From: Candidatus Geothermarchaeota archaeon
GTDB taxonomy: Archaea; Thermoproteota; Nitrososphaeria; Geothermarchaeales; JDFR-13
Reading direction: 5' to 3'
Length of the DNA stretch: 64,000 bases
NCBI GenBank assembly: GCA_015523545.1
Contig: WAKB01000005.1
Span: 8,897 to 72,896 of the forward strand
The translations under genes were made by a program, and so were the position numbers. The notes beneath the pieces were generated by a model, which was not told where the DNA came from, did not search any database, and worked only from the letters and a program-made list of their open reading frames with translations. This document shows positions 46,323 through 55,477 of this stretch, piece after piece (within the stretch, counting starts at the first letter, position 1; each line of letters begins with the position of its first letter).

Positions 46323-48927
46323 TCCCACCAATCTTAAGCCACAGCATGTTATAAAACCTCTGGAGTATCTTGACCCTATCCTCCATCAAGACCACGTCCT
46401 CCATACCCCTCAGTAGGAGGCCATGTGCAAACGGTGAGGGAACGTCGCTTATTGGCAGTACGACGAAGCGCCTCATCCCAGACTCCACATCCCTAAGAAC
46501 CGACTCAGCACTAGCTACATCCATCTTATCCTCAATAACCTCCCTAACCGCCTCCCTAAGGAGTGGGAAGTCCCTGATCCTCCTGACAAACTCGAATATA
46601 GCCTCACTATTCAGCTGCTGCCTCGTAAGCCTAGTCTTCCTACCCTTGTAGTAGCGTAGAATCATGAGCCCACGGTTAGCTACATGTCTAAAGATCCTCC
46701 TGATATAGTGGCTACTCAATACAGAGGCAGCCACCACGTCCCTAAGCTCATCGCTACCTACACTCTTCACCAGCCACTCCACATCAAGCTTATCCATAAA
46801 CTCCCTAGGATAGCCTATGCCGAAGCCGTGGTCATCCACCAAGACCTTCACACTAGTCCCCAACGCCTCCCTAGCCCTATAGGCATAGGCCTTGGCCAAG
46901 ACGCTGTTAGTCCTCCTACCGAAGACCCCATGGAATATGAGGTATAGTAGGTTCTCCCCTCTATCGAGATACCTCTCCACGAGTATATCCCTTGGCGAGT
47001 GGAAAACATCCACACCAAGGCTCCTGAGGTAGCCGGCCTGCGCCTCTATATACCTGACAAGGTTATCCGCCGCCCAGTCATCCGCCCTCATAAACCTCTT
47101 TATGAAGCGCCTAGCCCCCTCCCTATGCCCACTGCTCACCATCTTATATATAACGTATCTATATCTCGAGAGGGCCTCGCCAAGGTCGAAGGATAGGGGC
47201 AGCATCTCTGATATCCATGTAGGGACGGTGGGCTTCCTACCATCGGCAGGCTCTACATAGACCTTATCACCCTTAACTCCGAGGAAGCGGTAGGTCCTAC
47301 CCGAGAGGACGAAGATATCACCCACATCCAGATGCTCGACGAACTCCTCCTCGAGAAGACCTATCCTCTTCCTCCCGTGATAGACGACTAGGTTCATGTT
47401 CTCGGGTATCGTGCCTATATTCATGAAGTAGATAGGCCTTAGGTAGCGGCCACGCCTACCAAACTCCATCGTCTCCTCGTCGAACCATATCTTCCCATAG
47501 ACCCTATAATCCTCGAGGCCATACCTACCACTTAGATATCTAAGGACGTCTAGGAACTCCTCCATCGAGAGATCGTGGTAGGGATAGGCCCTCCTAACAA
47601 CCCTATAGGCATCCTCGACACGCCACTTCCTCTCTAGGGCCATCCCAACTATATGCTGAGCCAACACGTCGAGGGGCTTCCTAGGGATATAGACACGGTC
47701 AAGCCTACTCCTATACGCCTCGGATATCAAGACCCCATCCTCAGCCAGGTCGTCAAGATCCAGGGCTACAAAATACCCCTTTGAGACCCGGTCAAGGCTA
47801 TGGCCACTCCTACCGATCCTCTGGAGACCCCTGTTAATACTCTTGGGAGACCCTATCTGGACAACGGCATCTATATACCCGATGTCTATACCCAGCTCCA
47901 GACTAGTACTAGTCACCACGCAGCGTATCTCACCCCTCTTAAGCTTCTCCTCAATATCAAACCTAACCTCCCTCGAGAGGCTGCTATGATGGACACCAAG
48001 CTCAGCCTCCCTCACAATACCATACTTCACCAAGTGGTACGCCACCCTCTCAGCGCCGCTACGCGTATTGGTGAAGACAAGTGTGGTCCTATGGCTATCG
48101 ATAACCCGTTTAAGGAACATGTAGAGCGCCCTATTCTTCTCCTCACTATCCGTATAGATCAGGTCTTTAACCGGGGAGTGTAGGCGGAGATCCATCTCCT
48201 TCACGAAACGGGCGTCGACAATGACGCATTCACGGGGCGACCCATCGTCGTTATAACCCACGAGATACCTGGCCACCTCATCCAACGGATGTATAGTTGC
48301 GGATAGGCCTATACGTCTCAACGGGCCATCCACGAGCTCCTCCAGCCGCTCCAGGGAGAGGGCGAGGTGTACACCCCTCTTATTCTCACAGAGGCTGTGG
48401 ACCTCGTCTATAATGACCCACCTAACACTCCTAAGCCTCTCCCTAAACTTCGGGGCTGTTATGATCAGGGCTAGAGACTCCGGCGTAGTGATGAGTATAT
48501 GTGGCGGCTTACGGAGCATCCTGCTTCTCTCACTCTGAGTCGTATCCCCAGTCCTAATATCAACCCTTATCTCGGGAGGCTCACGACCATCAGCAGATAT
48601 CATCTCAGATATATCCCTAAGGGGTGTCTCAAGATTCCTACGTATATCATTGTTCAGAGACCTTAGGGGGGAGACATACACAGCGTATACAGTGTCCCTA
48701 AGCTCACCCCTCTTAGCCATCTTATACAGCTCGCTCAGGATGTATAGGAAGGCCGTCAACGTCTTACCCGAACCCGTAGGGGAGGTGATCAGTACATTCC
48801 TACCCGCCATTATATGGGGTATACCCAGCCTCTGGGGAGGAGTCAGATCCTCGAAGCGGGAGAACCAACGGGCTACGTCAGGATCTAGTGCAGCCAACAG
48901 CTCCTCCTTAGTAATCCCCCTCTCCAT
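46303..48927 (-). CDS. lhr: Lhr-type ATP-dependent DEAD/DEAH-box (superfamily 2) helicase
   Basis: Motif I SPTGSGKT, motif II IIDEVH, motif VI QRIGRSGH and TSTSLELGIDIG. About 870 aa with the Lhr-core-sized C-terminal extension. Confidence 0.88.
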   Translation of the reverse strand: MERGITKEELLAALDPDVARWFSRFEDLTPPQRLGIPHIMAGRNVLITSPTGSGKTLTAFLYILSELYKMAKRGELRDTVYAVYVSPLRSLNNDIRRNLETPLRDISEMISADGREPPEIRVDIRTGDTTQSERSRMLRKPPHILITTPESLALIITAPKFRERLRSVRWVIIDEVHSLCENKRGVHLALSLERLEELVDGPLRRIGLSATIHPLDEVARYLVGYNDDGSPRECVIVDARFVKEMDLRLHSPVKDLIYTDSEEKNRALYMFLKRVIDSHRTTLVFTNTRSGAERVAYHLVKYGIVREAELGVHHSSLSREVRFDIEEKLKRGEIRCVVTSTSLELGIDIGYIDAVVQIGSPKSINRGLQRIGRSGHSLDRVSKGYFVALDLDDLAEDGVLISEAYRSRLDRVYIPRKPLDVLAQHIVGMALERKWRVEDAYRVVRRAYPYHDLSMEEFLDVLRYLSGRYGLEDYRVYGKIWFDEETMEFGRRGRYLRPIYFMNIGTIPENMNLVVYHGRKRIGLLEEEFVEHLDVGDIFVLSGRTYRFLGVKGDKVYVEPADGRKPTVPTWISEMLPLSFDLGEALSRYRYVIYKMVSSGHREGARRFIKRFMRADDWAADNLVRYIEAQAGYLRSLGVDVFHSPRDILVERYLDRGENLLYLIFHGVFGRRTNSVLAKAYAYRAREALGTSVKVLVDDHGFGIGYPREFMDKLDVEWLVKSVGSDELRDVVAASVLSSHYIRRIFRHVANRGLMILRYYKGRKTRLTRQQLNSEAIFEFVRRIRDFPLLREAVREVIEDKMDVASAESVLRDVESGMRRFVVLPISDVPSPFAHGLLLRGMEDVVLMEDRVKILQRFYNMLWLKIGGNGDKAV

Positions 48928-48972
48928 AGCGCACCAAGACAGACTAGTATAGAAAACGTGGGTTATAACGCC

Positions 48973-49677
48973 TTAGACCTCCTCAGGACCAGCCTCCTCC
49001 CCACCTAGACCCTCATATTCAGCGGCGAGATAGATGAAGGCGCCAAGCACAGCTATGTTCAGAAATGTCGACAATGGGTTTGTGAGTATCGAGAGCAGTG
49101 AACCGGATAGGGAGAGTAGGGCGCCAGCCACGATAGAGATGATTATGAAGATCAGTACATGGGCGAGATTGTCTATGATAGCTTTGAAGCCCTTCTCGAG
49201 ATTCTCAGCTATCCTAGATGGATCGTATAGGATGGAGTAGACGACCAGCATAATACCCAGTGGAGCCGTGATGATGAGGGCGCTGAGGATCACGGCTATA
49301 ATGCCAACGACTATATAGGCGCCGATCGCGGACTGAACCTCCCTCTTAGCCCTCTCAAAGTCTGTGGAGCCCTCGGTAAAAGCCTGGAGGAACATCTTGC
49401 CGCTGATGACCATCAAGACGTATATTACGAGCTGTATAATTAGGTTAACCACCAGTACTACGAGCCACCAGAAGAATATCACGAATGGGAGGAGGAAGAT
49501 AGCTGCGGGTAGGAAGACGATGCTCAGGGCATAGATCAATAGGCCGGAGATGAGGGAGAGTAGTACAGGGTATATCCATATCTTGTTATCCCTAGTCATC
49601 CAGTCGATACTCCACTTCAACATATCGATAGGGTTTGTAGTAACACCGCCTGTTCTACTCATATGGTGGGACACCAC
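48973..49677 (-). CDS. Hypothetical polytopic membrane protein
   Basis: ORF with 5-6 hydrophobic helices and an acidic C-terminal tail (GGEEAGPEEV). No motif recognised. Confidence 0.45.
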   Translation of the reverse strand: MVSHHMSRTGGVTTNPIDMLKWSIDWMTRDNKIWIYPVLLSLISGLLIYALSIVFLPAAIFLLPFVIFFWWLVVLVVNLIIQLVIYVLMVISGKMFLQAFTEGSTDFERAKREVQSAIGAYIVVGIIAVILSALIITAPLGIMLVVYSILYDPSRIAENLEKGFKAIIDNLAHVLIFIIISIVAGALLSLSGSLLSILTNPLSTFLNIAVLGAFIYLAAEYEGLGGEEAGPEEV

Positions 49678-49772
49678 CCCACTAATTTACCAGCTATAGA
49701 TATATATTAAGGGTCTTGAACACAGGGCTCAGGGGGAGAGGGGCCTAGAATAATTATTGGGGGTGGATAGAG

Positions 49773-51557
49773 ATGGTGCTAAGAGTAGCCGTGATAGACC
49801 GGGACATATGCAACCCGGACAAGTGTAACCATGAATGCCAGAGGTTCTGCCCACCCGTGAAGATGGGTATAATGGCGGTAGAGTTTATAGAGGGGGAGCC
49901 ATATATCAACGAGCCCCTCTGCATAGGCTGTGGAATATGTGTGAATAAATGCCCCTTCAACGCAATAACAATAGTGAACCTCCCACAACAGCTCGAGACA
50001 GACCTGATCCACCAATATGACGTCAACGGCTTCAGACTATTCCGCCTACCCACACCCCTAAAGGGGCAGGTCCTCGGAATAGTTGGTAGGAACGGGACTG
50101 GGAAGTCTACAGCCATAAAGATACTCTCAGGCAGACTGATACCGAACCTAGGCAACCTCGAGAAGGAGGCCGATAAAGACGCAGTCCTAGACTACCTCTC
50201 AGGCACACAGCTATACTACTACTTTAAAGACCTCTACGACGGGAGGCTAAGAGTATCATACAAGCCACAGGAGGTATACCTAACCCCCAGGATAGTGAAG
50301 GGCAGGGTTATAGACCTACTCCGGAAGGCCGACGAAACAGGCGAGATAGACTATATGGTGGAGAGGCTGAACCTGGGTAACAGTCTCGACAAAGACGTCA
50401 AGAATCTCTCAGGAGGAGAGGTGCAGAGACTCGTACTAGCTGCAGCACTACTAAAGGATGCAGACGCATACCTGATAGACGAGCCCAGCAGCTTCAACGA
50501 CGTCTTCGAGAGGATGGCCATAGCCAGGCTAATCTCCGAGATAGCACAGAGAGGGAAATACGTGGTACTGGTTGACCACGACCTAGCCTTCCTAGACTAT
50601 GTAAGCGACCAGGTATCGGTAGTCTATGGAGAGCCCGGCACCTATGGCATATTCACCCGCAACGAGAGTGTAAGGACAGGGATAAACATATTCCTAGACG
50701 GATACATCCCAGGAGACAACATAAGGTTCAGGGATAAGAAGATAGTCTTCGAGAAGCCACAGCCCAGCCATAAGGTGGAGGAGACACCGATACTCAAGTA
50801 TACAAGGCTTAGCAAGACCCTCAACGGCTTCCACCTAGAGGTGGAGGAGGGAGAGATATACAATGGAGAGGTAGTCGGGGTAGTGGGCCAGAACGCCACG
50901 GGCAAGACTACATTCTTCCGCATGTTAGTAGGTGAGCTAGAGCCGGACGAGGGCGAGATAATAGTGGGGCCGGGGAGGATAGCATATAAGCCTCAGTACA
51001 TAAGACCAGAGTATGAAGGCACAGTCCAGGACTTCCTCCTGGAGAAGGTCGGGTCGAGGGCCCTGTCAGGCCAGGCAGTAGACAACCTACTCAAACCCCT
51101 CAACCTATACAAGCTACTCGAGAGGAGGGTGAAAGACCTATCGGGAGGGGAGCTACAGAAGCTCTACGTATCAGCAACACTACTTATGGAGGCGGATCTC
51201 TACCTACTAGACGAGCCGTCAGCCTTCATAGACGTGGAGGACAGGCTAGTACTCGCCAACGCGATAAACAAGTTCATAAAGCTAAGCGGTAAACCCGCAG
51301 CCGTGATAGACCACGACCTAATAATGGTGGACGCGGTCTCCGACAGGATAATAGTATTCAAGGGAGAACCATCGAGAAGGGGATATGCAACCAAGCCTAT
51401 GGACAAGATAGACGCTATGAACACCTTCCTCAAGGAGGTAGGAGTAACCCTGAGACGGGATAGGCATAGCGGGAGGCCAAGGATAAACAAGCCAGACAGC
51501 AGGCTCGACAGGTACCAGAAGGAGATAGGCGAATATTACTTCCTAGAGACCAATTAA
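49773..51557 (+). CDS. abcE1: ABCE1 / RNase L inhibitor (ribosome recycling factor)
   Basis: N-terminal 2x[4Fe-4S] region (CNPDKCNHECQRFCPP; CIGCGICVNKCP). Two ABC domains (GRNGTGKST / GQNATGKTT; LSGGEVQR / LSGGELQK). Confidence 0.95.
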   Translation: MVLRVAVIDRDICNPDKCNHECQRFCPPVKMGIMAVEFIEGEPYINEPLCIGCGICVNKCPFNAITIVNLPQQLETDLIHQYDVNGFRLFRLPTPLKGQVLGIVGRNGTGKSTAIKILSGRLIPNLGNLEKEADKDAVLDYLSGTQLYYYFKDLYDGRLRVSYKPQEVYLTPRIVKGRVIDLLRKADETGEIDYMVERLNLGNSLDKDVKNLSGGEVQRLVLAAALLKDADAYLIDEPSSFNDVFERMAIARLISEIAQRGKYVVLVDHDLAFLDYVSDQVSVVYGEPGTYGIFTRNESVRTGINIFLDGYIPGDNIRFRDKKIVFEKPQPSHKVEETPILKYTRLSKTLNGFHLEVEEGEIYNGEVVGVVGQNATGKTTFFRMLVGELEPDEGEIIVGPGRIAYKPQYIRPEYEGTVQDFLLEKVGSRALSGQAVDNLLKPLNLYKLLERRVKDLSGGELQKLYVSATLLMEADLYLLDEPSAFIDVEDRLVLANAINKFIKLSGKPAAVIDHDLIMVDAVSDRIIVFKGEPSRRGYATKPMDKIDAMNTFLKEVGVTLRRDRHSGRPRINKPDSRLDRYQKEIGEYYFLETN

Positions 51558-51579
51558 CATATCTAGGCGGTGCATACAG

Positions 51580-52788
51580 ATGGATAGGAAATTCCTAGTA
51601 GCCAGCCAGGAAGAGATCAAGAGGGGTGGGACTACAGACATCTACTTCATCCGTACAGTAGACATACTAAGGAAGGAGGGTAGGGCAGAGGCACACGTCG
51701 ATATGGAGATAACCTCGGGAGGCCTACCATATGGATTCACATGGGGTGTACTCGCCGGGACATATGAAGCAATAAACCTCCTAGAAGGGCTACCCGTAAC
51801 CCTCAGGATCATGCCGGAGGGCACCATATTCAAGCCATATGACTACAACGGGGTACGCGTACCCATCGGATACGTCTCAGGCAGATACATCGACTTCTCT
51901 ATCTACGAAACCCCACTCCTGGGACTACTGAGCCAAGCCACCGGTGTAGCTACATATGCGGCCCACCTGAGATACCATGCATGGGACAAGACACTCCTAG
52001 CATTCGGGGCCCGGAGGATGCACCCAGCAATAACCCCGATGCTCGACTACGCCGCATACATAGGAGGGTTCGACGGGGTCTCCTCCATACTAAGCGCCAA
52101 GATACTCGGGATGAGACCTATGGGAACCATGCCACACGCACTAATAATAATCATGGGGAGCCAGGAGGAAGCCTGGAAAGCCTTCGACAGACACGTAGAG
52201 AGAGGCGTCCCCAGGATAGCCCTGATAGACACGTTCGCGGACGAGAAGACCGAAGCCATAAAGGCAGCCGAGACACTCGGCGAGAGACTCAACGGTGTCA
52301 GGCTCGACACGCCGGGCTCAAGGAGGGGGGACATAGCCACAATAATTAGGGAGGTGAGGTGGGAGCTAGACCTACGGGGATATAGAGACGTAAAGATATT
52401 CCTCTCCGGAGGAGTGGATATAGAGCTCGTGAAGAGGCTGGGAGACGCACCGGTGGATGGATACGGTGTGGGAGCCAGCCTCTCAAACGCCAGGATAGTC
52501 GACTTCGCCCTAGACATAGTACAGCTCAACAACAAGCCAATAGCCAAGAGGGGTAAGTTCAGCGGTGTAAAGGAGGTCTATAGATGCAGGGAATGCTACG
52601 AATACCTAGTACTACCAAGGGGTAACGAGGTAGGGAGATGCCCACGCTGCGGGGGAGAGATGGAGGAGATGCTGGTGACAGCCATAGAGAAGGGTGAGAA
52701 GAGGCCGGGGATTGAGGAGCCAAAGATGGTAAGGGAAAGGGTTCTGAGACAGCTCGAGAGGATCAAGTCCCTCGGGTGGGGGGACTAA
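51580..52788 (+). CDS. pncB: Nicotinate phosphoribosyltransferase (archaeal short type with C-terminal Zn ribbon)
   Basis: Type II PRTase pattern (GTTDIYF, FGARR, GTMPHA, RLDTPGSRRG, GVGASL). C-terminal CRECYEY...CPRCGG. Confidence 0.8.
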   Translation: MDRKFLVASQEEIKRGGTTDIYFIRTVDILRKEGRAEAHVDMEITSGGLPYGFTWGVLAGTYEAINLLEGLPVTLRIMPEGTIFKPYDYNGVRVPIGYVSGRYIDFSIYETPLLGLLSQATGVATYAAHLRYHAWDKTLLAFGARRMHPAITPMLDYAAYIGGFDGVSSILSAKILGMRPMGTMPHALIIIMGSQEEAWKAFDRHVERGVPRIALIDTFADEKTEAIKAAETLGERLNGVRLDTPGSRRGDIATIIREVRWELDLRGYRDVKIFLSGGVDIELVKRLGDAPVDGYGVGASLSNARIVDFALDIVQLNNKPIAKRGKFSGVKEVYRCRECYEYLVLPRGNEVGRCPRCGGEMEEMLVTAIEKGEKRPGIEEPKMVRERVLRQLERIKSLGWGD

Positions 52789-52789
52789 G

Positions 52790-53587
52790 ATGTCCATCCC
52801 CACCAGTGGGGCCAGGAGACTGACGAGTAGAAACGATGTTAGACACCTACTAAGGGATCTAAGGGAGGATATAGTCAGCTATATGGAAGAGTATGGCCTG
52901 CGGGGCATAGCAGTACTCATCGACGGTAGCTGGGAGGGGGCCGTAACACTGGCTGCAGCCACATTCATAGCGAGCCAGATACAGACAAACCTATCTGCAT
53001 TCTACATCCCCCACGGAAGAGCTGTGGGAGTACCCAGAGACCTGGCTAGATGGGCCAAGACAAAGAGGGTCGTCATAAAAAACCTAAGAATTAGGGATGC
53101 CTCAACAGTTATGAGGGCATACCTATCCGAGGTTACAGGAGCAGGAGGGGCTGGGATAACATACTCCCTATCAAGCATAGTGGCCAGGGCCATCGCGGAT
53201 AGGAATAGGCAGTTCCTACTAGGGAGATATACATATACACAGTGGATACTCGGCGAGTTCGACACGATAGAGATGAGGGCCGTCGACTATCACCCACTCA
53301 TAAAGACCTACTATAGCGACCTACCCATCATAGCCTCCTACTTCGGCATGGAAGGGATAATCTCGAAGCTTAGGATAGACCCTAGACTAGCCAGAACAGC
53401 TGAGAGACTAGGCCTAGACGGGGTCTCCACACTAGACAACCTACTCGCAAGGATAGTCCCATCCTCAGGGCTGATCGACGAGGAGAGCCTCAGGAAGATA
53501 GGCGTGACACACGAGACTATAGAGAACCTGATCGAGAAGATATATCTCGCGGGGATTAAGAGGGAATGGCCATCACCCCTACCATAG
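52790..53587 (+). CDS. NAD+ synthetase (NadE)-like PP-loop-family protein with degenerate catalytic motifs
   Basis: It is collinear with about 260-aa archaeal NadE. The PP-loop SGGxDS position reads IDGSWEG, and the LGTSN..E...GYFTKWGDG..D region reads LGRYTYTQWILGEFDTIEMRAVD. The ATG lies 1 nt after the NAPRT stop. Confidence 0.5.
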   Translation: MSIPTSGARRLTSRNDVRHLLRDLREDIVSYMEEYGLRGIAVLIDGSWEGAVTLAAATFIASQIQTNLSAFYIPHGRAVGVPRDLARWAKTKRVVIKNLRIRDASTVMRAYLSEVTGAGGAGITYSLSSIVARAIADRNRQFLLGRYTYTQWILGEFDTIEMRAVDYHPLIKTYYSDLPIIASYFGMEGIISKLRIDPRLARTAERLGLDGVSTLDNLLARIVPSSGLIDEESLRKIGVTHETIENLIEKIYLAGIKREWPSPLP

Positions 53588-54550
53588 AACCAGATCCACC
53601 AATCCACGTCTAGAGGAGGATGACCATAGGAGCCTCCCACCCCGCCAATACTCGACATATTGATGGACCGGTGGTGGATATCTACCCACCCCCAGGTTAA
53701 CCGTGAAAAAGTCCCCATCCATAGGCGGGTCCCTCCACACCCATTTAAACACCACCACCGGCTTAGACCCCCCGTATCCATATGAGAGATCAACCACATA
53801 CCCATCTCCCTCATAGACAAGACCCACCGGACGGGCCGTCTCACCAGACACCTGGATCAGGGTAGCATGTAGGACTTGATCCCCGCCATATATAACTGGG
53901 ACTAGAAGCCCAGTATCGACGCCGAGCCCACCCAACACCCTGACATACTTCTCCACAACCTCACCACCAGCCTCGCCAACCTCCACATCATCTCCAAGCA
54001 GCTCCACAGGGGTCTCGACAAGGCCCATAGGGTTAGGCGGGAGAAGGACCAACCCACTATCCAGCTTAGTGAGGAGACCCACATCAATCAACGGTGCTGG
54101 GTAGTTTAGATACCTGATACCCAGCCCAAGATATGGAGGCTCATCTAGACATGTGAAGCCCGGCCTCCACCTACCCGGCATCACCCTTGAATAGGAGTAG
54201 CCAATATCGACTAGAGGCGAGTAGCCAGCCACCCTATACTCCAAGGGAGTATCGTCTATCAGGTTTACCCTGAGCCTATCACCCGGCACCACGGGCCGAT
54301 CAAGATTGAAGAGTGTGACTAGCCCCAACACGACGGGTCTGAAGCCCCATAGACGTTTGAGGACAACCTTCTCAACATGAGATACCAAGTCTAGGTCGAT
54401 ATCCTCGAGGAGGAAGTCCACCCAACCCACCTTACTGACGAGGTGGTGGGGGAGCTCGAAGACGATACGTGTGATGAAGCCTCCATGCCTATAGATATCT
54501 AGGTGGGCCTTCCCCGAAGACTCCTTCAACATCCTGATAATACTGTGCAC
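53579..54550 (-). CDS. Hypothetical protein (323 aa, Gly/Val/Leu/Pro-rich, probably beta-rich)
   Basis: ORF 3 nt (GTG) or 21 nt (ATG 54532) downstream of the deacetylase gene. Its 3' end overlaps the convergent NadE-like gene by 9 nt. No motif recognised. Confidence 0.45.
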   Translation of the reverse strand: MHSIIRMLKESSGKAHLDIYRHGGFITRIVFELPHHLVSKVGWVDFLLEDIDLDLVSHVEKVVLKRLWGFRPVVLGLVTLFNLDRPVVPGDRLRVNLIDDTPLEYRVAGYSPLVDIGYSYSRVMPGRWRPGFTCLDEPPYLGLGIRYLNYPAPLIDVGLLTKLDSGLVLLPPNPMGLVETPVELLGDDVEVGEAGGEVVEKYVRVLGGLGVDTGLLVPVIYGGDQVLHATLIQVSGETARPVGLVYEGDGYVVDLSYGYGGSKPVVVFKWVWRDPPMDGDFFTVNLGVGRYPPPVHQYVEYWRGGRLLWSSSSRRGLVDLVLW

Positions 54551-54553
54551 TGC

Positions 54554-55477
54554 CTACACCGTATAGAGTCGGACAAGTATACCTGCCCATACAGTCCCGA
54601 AGAGCTCGGGCTGATACCCTCCCCCTCCCAGCATCGCTATACCGATACCCCTATCCACAGCATACCCAAGGATCCTCTCCACAGCATAGAGATAGTCTCC
54701 TAGAGGGTAGTCTAGCTGGGTAAGAGGGTCACCCTCAACACCATCCATACCCGCCTGGAGAATAACATAGTCTGGAGACACCTCATCCATCCATGAAACA
54801 CATTTATCAACAGCCCTCCTAAGAGGCCCACCACCACAGCCCGGGGGTAGCACCACGTTTATCTTCGTCCCCTCAGCCTCCCCCTTACCACGCTCCCACT
54901 CAAACCCAGTCCCCGGGAAGAGTGTGGCGGGATCCTGGTGGACATCGAATATATAGACTTGGGGGTCAGCCTCATAGGGATAATACACACCGTCCCCATG
55001 ATGGGCATCGATATCGATATACATAACCCTGTCTACACGATCCCTAATACTCTCAATCGCCACCCCGATATCGTTGAATATACAGAAGCCCGAGGCCCTA
55101 TCCGGGAAGGCGTGGTGCCACCCACCAGCAATATTGACAGCCACACCCCCATCCAATGTACTCAGGACACCATCTAGAGTGGCATACACACTTTCAAGGG
55201 CTACCTCGAAGACCCCCTTATAAGCCGGGGTATCCCCACGATCCAGCAGCCCATAACCCCTCTCAGAAGCCTCCCTAACAGTCTCTACATACTCCCTGCT
55301 ATGGAACCTGAGGAGTACCTCCTCACCCCTCCTAGGCGGCCTCCTAAACACTACACCCTCCTTATTACTCAGAGCCTCCACAGCCCTGATGAAGGGTAGA
55401 TACCTCCGACTAGTGAGGGGATGGGGCGGTGGGAAGCCGTATCTGAAGAGCTCCTCACCTACATATACTATCCTCAT
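54554..55477 (-). CDS. Histone deacetylase-family enzyme (AcuC/acetylpolyamine amidohydrolase-like)
   Basis: GGWHHAFPDRASGFCIFND and YIDIDAHHGDG zinc/catalytic motifs. ATGA overlap with the upstream GTPase gene. Confidence 0.88.
   Translation of the reverse strand: MRIVYVGEELFRYGFPPPHPLTSRRYLPFIRAVEALSNKEGVVFRRPPRRGEEVLLRFHSREYVETVREASERGYGLLDRGDTPAYKGVFEVALESVYATLDGVLSTLDGGVAVNIAGGWHHAFPDRASGFCIFNDIGVAIESIRDRVDRVMYIDIDAHHGDGVYYPYEADPQVYIFDVHQDPATLFPGTGFEWERGKGEAEGTKINVVLPPGCGGGPLRRAVDKCVSWMDEVSPDYVILQAGMDGVEGDPLTQLDYPLGDYLYAVERILGYAVDRGIGIAMLGGGGYQPELFGTVWAGILVRLYTV

Noticed and set aside
53338-53844. 168-aa ORF overlapping the convergent ends of the NadE-like and 323-aa genes
   Set aside because: It overlaps two better-supported ORFs and has an implausible Trp/Gly/Arg-rich composition.
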